Source of the DNA: a virus | Taxonomy: Duplodnaviria > Caudoviricetes | IMG/VR virus record: IMGVR_UViG_3300030433_002377 | Span: 1 to 34,695 of that record | DNA length: 34,695 nucleotides | Strand: one strand, 5' to 3' | Shown: positions 28,901 through 34,695 of the stretch, in pieces | Position numbering within the stretch: the stretch's first letter is position 1 | How the letters are laid out: each line of letters starts with the position of its first letter | The notes under the pieces: model-generated | What the model was told of the DNA's origin: nothing | What the model saw: only the letters and a program-made list of their open reading frames with translations | Databases searched by the model: none | Position numbers and translations under genes: made by a program

Positions 28901-30510
28901 TATCTGGTGGTTCTGGTTATAAAGTAGGTGATGTTCTTGGTATTGATGTAATTGGAAATGCATCTGTTGGTACTAATGCAAGATTAACAATTGCTAATAT
29001 TGGAGATGCTAACGAATTGATCTTTAACAATGTTCAAGGTGAATTTATTGTTGGTTCTGCAAATACTATGATGTATACCAATAGTTCTGGTATCACAACT
29101 GAACTTAACTATTCTAATGGTGGAAATACTCAAATTTCTTCTATTAATGTTGATACTGATGGATTACACTTCAAGGTAAACCATAAGAATCATGGAATGT
29201 ATTTTTCAAATAATTCTGTTATTCTTTCAAACGTTGCACCAGATACAATTCCAACTACACTTACTACAGAATATTCTGCAGATTCTACAAGTGGAATTAC
29301 TGTTGCAGATTCTTCTGGTTTCGGAACCTTTGAAGGTGTTGGTATTGGAACTACTAATACTGGATATGTATTAATTGGTGATGAAGTTATTGAATATACA
29401 AATGTAACTGGAACTACAATTGGTGGCAATATTGTGAGAGGAACAAATGCTAGAACATATCCAATAGGAACACCTATTAGAAAGTATGAATTGGCAGGAG
29501 TTAATCTCAAGAGGATTAATAAAACTCATTCGTTGAGCAATGTGACGGACACTGATCCATTTACATTTGATTCTTACAAAGTCAAGATTGATACTTCTGA
29601 GAAGTTTAATGTCAATAATGAAGATCGTAGTGTTGACACAACATATCCCAAACTCTACTTCAATGAGACCAAAACATCTGGTGGATTTAAAGTAAGAGCT
29701 ACTCAGAATATTCCATTTGAAGTTATTACTCCCAATATTCAATCGATGTTACTTTCTGGAACTTCATTGACAGGTTCTGTTAGAACAGTTACTGGAAAGA
29801 GTATTAGTGGATCTGAAATTCCTTATGGGGAGGTTGGATTTGAAACTATTAATGTTAATTCTGCAAACTACTTAGATACTCCTAGATTGATTGCATCTAA
29901 GGTGAATGAAAATCTTAACCTGACAAGTATTGCAGGAAACAAATCACTGAATATGAGACTGAATTTGAATACTGTCGATTCTCGTATTAGTCCAATTATT
30001 GATACTCAAAGAATGAGTGCAATTCTAACTTCTAATAGGGTCAATGATGTAGTTTCTAATTATGCTTCTGATGCTAGAGTGAGAACAGTATTTGATGATC
30101 CTACAGCATGTCAATATATTTCTAATGAGATTGTTTTAGAAAATCCAGCATCTTCAATTAAGATTCTTCTTTCCGGTCACATTGAGGAAACTTCTGATAT
30201 TAGAGCATTCTATTCGGTATCTAATAATCCAGGTGATGAACCAATCTTTACACCATTCCCTGGTTATAAAAACCTTGATAGATTTGGTGAAGTGATTAAT
30301 GAAGAGAATAGTGATGGTAGACCAGATACTCTTGTAGCAAGGTCTAATACAAGTTCATTCTTGGAATCTAATACCGAATACAAAGACTATACTTTTACGA
30401 TTGACAATTTACCATCGTTTAAGATATATAGAATCAAGTTGGTACTTACATCAACTGATCAAGTCTTTGTTCCAAAAGTTAGAGATTTGAGAGTACTTGC
30501 ACTGGCATAA
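22981..30510 (+). CDS. Large virion structural protein, VrlC-like / DUF4815-containing (2509 aa)
   Basis: N-terminus NLNVSPYFDDFD...VLFKPGYPIQARELTSLQSILQNQ, APGADRL, RFKSGFFVDNF and GDPLAQSF motifs; follows gp8 as in cyanomyoviruses. Confidence 0.8.
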   Translation: MPQQTNLNVSPYFDDFDSQNDYYKVLFKPGYPIQARELTSLQSILQNQIEKFGQHFFKEGAAVIPGNTSYNGQYYGIQLQNNYQGVPVSAYADQLVGTKITGDRSGVSAFVDKILFPEDSDNGNLTLYINYLNSGSVDNTTREFLDGETLVCNEQISSGLLGNSVIPAGSPFASTIDVDATVNGSAYNIAEGIYFIRGSFVNVSSETLILDQYSNGPSYRVGLFITEEIVTSDIDESLNDNSQGFSNYSAPGADRLRITASLFKKPLTDFNDDNFVHLDTIENGLLVNRSKKGLTIGAGSVAYKDLEEVLARRTSEESGDYYVKPFTIRALESLNDHLGNRGLYEEGQTTPTGGVVSDNLGLYKVSPGKAYVKGFSVETVGPTIIDFDKPRTTRTLEGQNLIYNTGPTLSLNRVFRSPTVGLGNTYFVSLRDQRVGSVQDPVTHPGKEVGVARVYDFRLESGSYNTSNANLNQWDLCLYDIQTTTDITLNQAINLSVPTRVEGANSGATGFLRHEVSAGTAVTVYETSGSFVTNERLIFNGIDDGRIAIAVTAHGISDAKSVFGGGGNTGINTFSADIIPSTSFVVGIATISPAASGISTIISKNPKFPGTVVKENDLVEYTDTTSLINDPIIARVTGVTANSITVEGVESVGGIAAGALPSNILSVTDLRVLKTKFSSSSDDTLFTPLPKDNISSVSLKDASLTIRKTFTVNISANQLSGSGVTADTNETFLPFDEERYLLTRSDGTTEALSSDMFDISSDGSSLQIRNLGSNDAGSTLVASLTKIKPKSKVKIKNRVNSIVIDKSKLEGSGIGATTLNNGLVYGNYPYGTRVEDEEISLNVPDIVEIHGIFESSGTNAPSAPSLTLQTINSQSTTTAEILIGEQLVGQTSGSAAVAVEIADSNTIKYVLKNTIGFTEGETVEFKESGVTAIISENTSSDRDVSLNFTFKSGQENTFYDYGRLKRKSNSLAPSKQIRVYFSNAYFDSTDDGDITTVESYKQFDYKNDIKVVNGNRTTDIIDIRPRVSNYTVSENVRSPLEFFGRSFDSAGQSATNVLASDEAIRLDYSYYQGRIDRIYLTKRGTFQVVYGTPSDSPQRPNPIEDAIEIAQVSLPPYLYDTKTADIKFLEYKRYQMRDIKKLEDRIRNLEYYTALSLLEVETANLFVEDDEGLNRFKSGFFVDNFTDFKVQDTLLPINNSIDRKAKVLRPRHYTTALDLSFGPVVGDTSNEDVNFNTIEGTNVRKQNGILTLDYAEKEFLKQAFGTRSESVTPYLKSFWKGTLEMVPASDVWVDTVRLEPQIIGVEGDYARTFDDLVESGDIDPQTGFGPIIWDSWEQNWTGSSFVDRDRRRSETRGLGGRRRRTDIIEETLRTTTRTGTRTRDGRQTAVFESFDQSTIGDRTVSRDLIPFMRSRNVEFTAKQVLPLSTMYAFFDGVDVTKYCVPKLLEISMVSGTFQVGETVEGVIIRTGQGGNQVSTEESDPYIRFRVAQLNHKEGAFDAPTKIYVENPYTNQPISGTYSSTSSLLNIDTASLAEQVRGDFFGWVGAGMAFRGETSGATATIGNIKLISDRSATLIGSFFIPNPNNSSFPSFESGTKTLTLVNDPNNNQRESTTVAEEEFNSSGTVEAKQETVLSVRNARVDVQIASESEPIRSVDTAIIESRVVNSWEWWVPPPPPPPPPPRPRPRPRRWRGDPLAQSFYVGENAGAFITSCDVFFSAKDDMDVPVTCQIRTMENGHPSQKILPFSEVVLDPDEITTSSDGSVATNIPFKAPVYVEAGNEYCVILLSNSVKYQVFISRVGENDLVSDDFVATQPTLGSLFKSQNSFTWEPSQWEDLKYTLYRAEFETTGNVELYSPELSEGNSQIPKLMPNPLEIESRTIRVGLGTTVVDSYEIGNTFSQLGTNATGNLAGTAGPATGTLTVSNAGIGYTPASGSFTFNGVNLITLTGRGRGATANVSIQDGSIASAPTIVSGGSGYKVGDVLGIDVIGNASVGTNARLTIANIGDANELIFNNVQGEFIVGSANTMMYTNSSGITTELNYSNGGNTQISSINVDTDGLHFKVNHKNHGMYFSNNSVILSNVAPDTIPTTLTTEYSADSTSGITVADSSGFGTFEGVGIGTTNTGYVLIGDEVIEYTNVTGTTIGGNIVRGTNARTYPIGTPIRKYELAGVNLKRINKTHSLSNVTDTDPFTFDSYKVKIDTSEKFNVNNEDRSVDTTYPKLYFNETKTSGGFKVRATQNIPFEVITPNIQSMLLSGTSLTGSVRTVTGKSISGSEIPYGEVGFETINVNSANYLDTPRLIASKVNENLNLTSIAGNKSLNMRLNLNTVDSRISPIIDTQRMSAILTSNRVNDVVSNYASDARVRTVFDDPTACQYISNEIVLENPASSIKILLSGHIEETSDIRAFYSVSNNPGDEPIFTPFPGYKNLDRFGEVINEENSDGRPDTLVARSNTSSFLESNTEYKDYTFTIDNLPSFKIYRIKLVLTSTDQVFVPKVRDLRVLALA

Positions 30511-30511
30511 T

Positions 30512-30739
30512 ATGGAATTTTATGAATTGGAAGGTCATAAGGATCTCGCAAGAGATCCTCAGACCAATGCTGTAATTAATGTAAATGAATTGGAATATAA
30601 TCACTATATTTCTAGGCGTGAATCAAAGCATAAAAAGAATCAAAAAGTACAAACGATTGAGCAAGAAGTTGCTAATATGAAGAGTGATTTAGATGAAATT
30701 AAGTCTTTACTAAAGGAGTTTTTAAATGGACCCAAGTAA
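30512..30739 (+). CDS. Small hypothetical protein with C-terminal coiled coil (75 aa)
   Basis: ATG 1 nt after previous stop (start revised from 30497); LEGHKDLARDPQTNAVIN then heptad pattern IEQEVANMKSDLDEIKSLLKEFL. Confidence 0.75.
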   Translation: MEFYELEGHKDLARDPQTNAVINVNELEYNHYISRRESKHKKNQKVQTIEQEVANMKSDLDEIKSLLKEFLNGPK

Positions 30740-30905
30740 CATTGAATTGAAAAATCTTTCGAAAAATTTTGCTTATACTAAACTAGCATCTCAAATTGAT
30801 GAATGTGAAGATAAAGAGGAATTAAAAAATATTGCAAAAGCATTTTGTAAATTATACTATAAGCAGCAAGAAACTATTGCCGTCATCGGATTACCTACAG
30901 AGTAA
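30726..30905 (+). CDS. 59-aa ORF absent from the track; NblA-like (phycobilisome degradation adaptor-like) helical protein
   Basis: AAGGAG (30713-30718) 7 nt before ATG; MDPSNIELKNLSKNFAYTKLASQIDECEDKEELKNIAKAFCKLYYKQQETIAVIGLPTE; fills the gap before the gp13 promoter. Gene reality is well supported, NblA identity is tentative. Confidence 0.55.
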   Translation: MDPSNIELKNLSKNFAYTKLASQIDECEDKEELKNIAKAFCKLYYKQQETIAVIGLPTE

Positions 30906-30908
30906 TAC

Positions 30909-30916
30909 CCTAAATA
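30909..30916 (+). promoter_or_regulatory. T4-type late promoter (CCTAAATA)
   Basis: TAAATA core 23 nt upstream of gp13 ATG. Confidence 0.6.
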
Positions 30917-30938
30917 CAGTTAGGAAACTTGTGATTAA

Positions 30939-31784
30939 ATGGCACAACCAGCAAGTAGAACAGAGTTAATAAACTATTGCAAAAGGCAACTGGGAGCACC
31001 GGTCCTTGAGATCAATGTTGCCGATGAGCAAATTGATGACCTTGTTGATGATGCCCTGCAATATTTCCACGAAAGACATTTCAATGGAGTAATTCAGACT
31101 TTTCTGAAGTACAAAATCACTCAGGGAGATGTTGATAGGGGAAGAGCAAGAGGTGGTGATAATCCAGTTGGTATTGTAACTACAACTGGAACATCAACTA
31201 TTGATGGGTCCTCAGTAAATTTTTCTTTTGAGGAAAACAGTAATTATCTTCAAGTTCCAACATCAGTTATTGGAGTAAATAAGATATTCAGATTTGATGG
31301 GTCTAATACTGTAACAAATAACATGTTCAGTGTTAAGTATCAGTTATTTTTGAATGATGTATATTATTGGGGATCTACCGAAATTCTTAGTTATGCAATG
31401 ACTAAGACTTATCTTGAAGATTTAGATTTTGCATTAGGAACAGAGAAGTATATAAGATTTAATCAAAGACAAGATAGACTTTATTTAGATATTGATTGGG
31501 GTGCAGCAGCTGTTGATGACTATCTAATTATTGATTGCTATCGTCTTTTAGATCCGAATGATTATACAAAAGTTTGGAATGATGCTTTCCTAAAGAAATA
31601 TCTGACAGCACTAATTAAGAAACAATGGGGTCAGAACTTAATTAAATTCCAAGGAGTAAAACTTCCTGGTGGAATTGAACTTAACGGTCGTCAAATATAT
31701 GACGATGCAGAAAAAGAACTAGAAATAATTCGTGAGCAAATGTCTAATACATATGAACTTCCACCATTAGACATGATAGGATAA
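30939..31784 (+). CDS. gp13: Neck protein gp13
   Basis: ELINYCKRQLGAPVLEINVADEQIDD and KKQWGQNLIKFQGVKLPGGIELNGRQIY motifs. Confidence 0.93.
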   Translation: MAQPASRTELINYCKRQLGAPVLEINVADEQIDDLVDDALQYFHERHFNGVIQTFLKYKITQGDVDRGRARGGDNPVGIVTTTGTSTIDGSSVNFSFEENSNYLQVPTSVIGVNKIFRFDGSNTVTNNMFSVKYQLFLNDVYYWGSTEILSYAMTKTYLEDLDFALGTEKYIRFNQRQDRLYLDIDWGAAAVDDYLIIDCYRLLDPNDYTKVWNDAFLKKYLTALIKKQWGQNLIKFQGVKLPGGIELNGRQIYDDAEKELEIIREQMSNTYELPPLDMIG

Positions 31785-31788
31785 TAAT

Positions 31789-33210
31789 ATGTTAAATCCA
31801 TTTTTTACTCAGGGTACTCAAGGTGAACAGAGTCTTGTTCAAGACTTAATTAATGAGCAGTTGAGAATGTATGGGGTAGAAACTTTTTATCTACCCAGAA
31901 AATATGTCTCCGAAAATAGTATCATAAGAGAAGTTGTTCAATCAACTTTTGATATGGCTCTTCCACTTGAGGCATATGTTGATAACTATGATCAATATTC
32001 TGGTGCTGGAAACATATTATCAAAATTTGGAATAGAGTCAAAAGATGAGATAAGACTTGTAATTTCAAGGGAGAGATTTGAAAATTACATCACTCCCCTG
32101 ATAGAAAATGAAGACAATATTAAATTATCAACCAGACCAAAGGGTGGAGATCTTATCTGGTTTCCACTGGATGATAGAATTTATGAAGTAAAAGATGTTG
32201 AGTATGCAAAACCATACTATCAACTACAAAATCTTTATGTATATGAACTCACCTGTGAACTCTTCAGAATGGAAGATGAGGTCATTGCAACTGGTGTGGA
32301 TGAAATTGATGATAATCTTATTGGAGACGAAATCGATGGTGTCACAGATGATGGTATTAGTACAATTCAAGGAATCACTCAGACTCTTACTCTTATTGGA
32401 GCAGCATCAACAGCAACAGCAACTGGGGCAATATTTGATGGTGGTGTAAGATTCTTCACTATTTCTGATAGAGGTGGTGGATATGGAGAAGTTCCTACTG
32501 TGGCAATTTCGTCTGCACCATCTGGAGGAACAACTGCAGTCGGTATTGCCACTATGATTGGTGGAATCAATGTATGTAATTTGAACGCAAACCCAAGATT
32601 ACAATCAGTACAAGGTGTAAATATTGCAAACTCTGGTGCAGGATATACAGTAGCACCAAGTGTAAGAATTATTGGTGATGGTGTAGGTGCAGCAGTAACA
32701 GCAACTATTGGAGATGGTGTTGTTGGTATAGTAACTATTACTTCTGGTGGTGGTGGATACACTGAGAATCCACAAATTACATTTACAGGTACTTCTTCAG
32801 TATCTGCTGCTGCAACAGCTGTTGTTAGTGCTGCAGGAACTATTTCTGCAATCTATATGACAAATGCTGGTCTTGGATATACTGAGGCACCAACTATTTC
32901 TATTGCTGCTGCAAATAGTTCTGGATCTGGTACATTCCAGTTTAATGAAATTGTAACAGGGTCTGTTAGTGGAACTACTGCAAGGGTTAGAACTTGGAGT
33001 TCTGTTACTAATAATTTAGAAGTGGCAACAATATCTGGAACTTTCCTTGTAGGAGAATCTATTGTAGGTGGAACATCTGGAGCATCTTATATCCTAAGGG
33101 TGTCTGATAAAGAACCAATGGATGATGGTTATGCAGATAACTTCGAGATTGAAACAGAAGCAGATTCTATTTTAGACTTCTCAGAACAAAACCCATTCGG
33201 TATTCCCTAA
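31789..33210 (+). CDS. gp14: Neck protein gp14 with repeat insertion
   Basis: EQSLVQDLINEQLRMYGVETFYLPR, LSKFGIES, RPKGGDLIWFPL, C-terminal DFSEQNPFG; follows gp13. Confidence 0.9.
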   Translation: MLNPFFTQGTQGEQSLVQDLINEQLRMYGVETFYLPRKYVSENSIIREVVQSTFDMALPLEAYVDNYDQYSGAGNILSKFGIESKDEIRLVISRERFENYITPLIENEDNIKLSTRPKGGDLIWFPLDDRIYEVKDVEYAKPYYQLQNLYVYELTCELFRMEDEVIATGVDEIDDNLIGDEIDGVTDDGISTIQGITQTLTLIGAASTATATGAIFDGGVRFFTISDRGGGYGEVPTVAISSAPSGGTTAVGIATMIGGINVCNLNANPRLQSVQGVNIANSGAGYTVAPSVRIIGDGVGAAVTATIGDGVVGIVTITSGGGGYTENPQITFTGTSSVSAAATAVVSAAGTISAIYMTNAGLGYTEAPTISIAAANSSGSGTFQFNEIVTGSVSGTTARVRTWSSVTNNLEVATISGTFLVGESIVGGTSGASYILRVSDKEPMDDGYADNFEIETEADSILDFSEQNPFGIP

Positions 33211-33213
33211 ATA
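33206..33213 (+). promoter_or_regulatory. T4-type late promoter (CCTAAATA)
   Basis: Contains gp14 stop TAA (33208-33210); upstream of gp15. Confidence 0.55.
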
Positions 33214-33250
33214 AAACTATCTCATAAGAATGATATTGTAGGGATTAAAA

Positions 33251-34252
33251 ATGTTTGAGTATTTTTACAACGAAATTTTAAGGAGGACCATTATATCCTT
33301 TGGTACTCTTTTTAATGGCATATCAATTCAGCACAAAGATTCTTCTGATAGTGTTGCTAGCGTTGTAAAAGTTCCTCTGGCATATGGACCTACTCAGAAA
33401 TTTTTAGCAAGAATTGAACAATCTCCAGATTTAAACAAACCATCAGCAATTACTCTTCCGAGGATGTCGTTTGAATTTACTGGACTTACATATGATCCTT
33501 CAAGGAAAGTAACCACCACAACGGCATTTACAGTAAAAGATCCTAACGACGGATCTGAGTCAAGGAAGACATACATGCCAGTTCCCTACAATATGCAATT
33601 TGAGCTGAGCATTATGACCAAACTGAATGACGATGCTCTTCAAATTGTTGAACAAATTCTTCCATACTTCCAACCAGCATATAATTTGTCAGTAGAGTTG
33701 GTTGAAGCAATTCAGGAAAAGAGAGACATTCCTGTAGTGCTTGAAAATATTACGATGCAAGATGATTATGAAGGAGATTTCTCTCAAAGAAGAGTTCTTC
33801 TTTATACTTTAAGATTTACTGCTAAGACTTACCTGTTCGGTCCTTCTTCTTCCGCAACCAAGGATATCATCAAGAAGGCAACTGTCAGTTATCTTACTGG
33901 AACAGATCTTTCAAATACAACAAGAGAAGTTTCTTATTCTGTTGTTCCAAGAGCAATCAAAAATTATACTGGAGATCCAGCAACTACAATATCTGCAGAT
34001 ATTACAGCAGCAACTAAGACATTTGAAGTTGCTGATGTTAGTGGATTGACTGCTAAGTCATATGTTGATCTCAATGGTGAGCAGATCTTTATCAAGACAA
34101 TTAACGGCAATAAGTTAACTGTCAATAGAGGTCAAGATGGAACAACCATTACAGATCACGTAGCAGGTGAACCAATTTATGTAATTGATGCTGCAGACAA
34201 TGCATTGATTGCTGAAGGTGATGATTTTGGATTTAGTGGCAATACGTTCTGA
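33251..34252 (+). CDS. gp15: Tail sheath stabilizer / tail terminator gp15
   Basis: YFYNEILRRTIISFGTLFN, KVPLAYGPTQKFLAR, LPRMSFE, QIVEQILPYFQP motifs. Confidence 0.93.
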   Translation: MFEYFYNEILRRTIISFGTLFNGISIQHKDSSDSVASVVKVPLAYGPTQKFLARIEQSPDLNKPSAITLPRMSFEFTGLTYDPSRKVTTTTAFTVKDPNDGSESRKTYMPVPYNMQFELSIMTKLNDDALQIVEQILPYFQPAYNLSVELVEAIQEKRDIPVVLENITMQDDYEGDFSQRRVLLYTLRFTAKTYLFGPSSSATKDIIKKATVSYLTGTDLSNTTREVSYSVVPRAIKNYTGDPATTISADITAATKTFEVADVSGLTAKSYVDLNGEQIFIKTINGNKLTVNRGQDGTTITDHVAGEPIYVIDAADNALIAEGDDFGFSGNTF

Positions 34253-34686
34253 TGACTATGCAAATGAGTAAAAATTTTGACGAACTGAACGATACTTTTA
34301 ATACTTCTGGAGATATTGTTAATCCAGAAGTAGTAGAAAAGAAAGTTGAGAAGTTAAAAGATTCGGTTGATGATATCAAAAAAGATTATGAGTATACCAG
34401 AGGTAATCTCTATTCAATTATTGAGAAAGGACAAGAAGCTTTGAATGGTGTTCTTGAACTTGCACAGGAAAGTGAAATGCCAAGAGCATATGAAGTTGCA
34501 GGACAACTTATTAAGAATGTTGCAGATGCAACCGACAAACTTTTAGACTTGCAAAAGAAACTAAAAGATGTAGAAGAAGAAAAACAAGTCAAAGGACCAT
34601 CTACTGTTAATAATGCACTGTTTGTTGGATCAACTGCAGACCTTGCAAAGATGCTAAAGGACGGACTTAAGGAAGATAATAAATAG
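34252..34686 (+). CDS. gp16: Terminase small subunit gp16
   Basis: DYEYTRGNLY...LELAQESEMPRAYEVAGQLIK...NNALFVGSTADL; TGATG overlap with gp15 stop; alternative starts at 34258/34264. Confidence 0.9.
   Translation: MTMQMSKNFDELNDTFNTSGDIVNPEVVEKKVEKLKDSVDDIKKDYEYTRGNLYSIIEKGQEALNGVLELAQESEMPRAYEVAGQLIKNVADATDKLLDLQKKLKDVEEEKQVKGPSTVNNALFVGSTADLAKMLKDGLKEDNK
34678..34685 (+). promoter_or_regulatory. T4-type late promoter (AATAAATA) for the next gene
   Basis: 7/8 match overlapping gp16 stop; downstream gene is outside the window. Confidence 0.5.
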
Positions 34687-34695
34687 TTAAAATTA

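Noticed and set aside
1-34695. tRNA, rRNA or known riboswitch genes
   Set aside because: Intergenic gaps are under ~70 nt and none shows a cloverleaf or a motif I can confidently assign

Overview
AT-rich, gene-dense segment of a T4-like (Tevenvirinae-type architecture) marine cyanomyovirus genome, most similar in style to Kyanoviridae; all credible genes are on the + strand. It covers the virion tail/baseplate/neck module: a GT-A glycosyltransferase-like gene (5' end outside window), three conserved-looking hypotheticals, gp25, gp6, a 4253-aa gp7-like baseplate wedge initiator, an inserted four-gene fibre/adhesin cassette (gp9/gp10-type N-terminus fibre, 122-aa protein, two paralogous glycine-rich proteins), gp8, a 2509-aa VrlC/DUF4815-like structural protein, two small ORFs, gp13, gp14, gp15 and gp16 (small terminase). 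T4-type late promoter boxes (nnTAAATA) precede most transcription units and often overlap the upstream stop codon. Most notable: (1) a 59-aa ORF missed by the ORF track (30726-30905) with a strong SD and an NblA-like sequence pattern; (2) an intact type-1 copper (amicyanin-like H...C-x2-H-x2-M) motif in the fibre protein; (3) the modular fibre + adaptor + twin polyglycine adhesin cassette. All family assignments are from motif recognition and synteny by eye; no searches were run.
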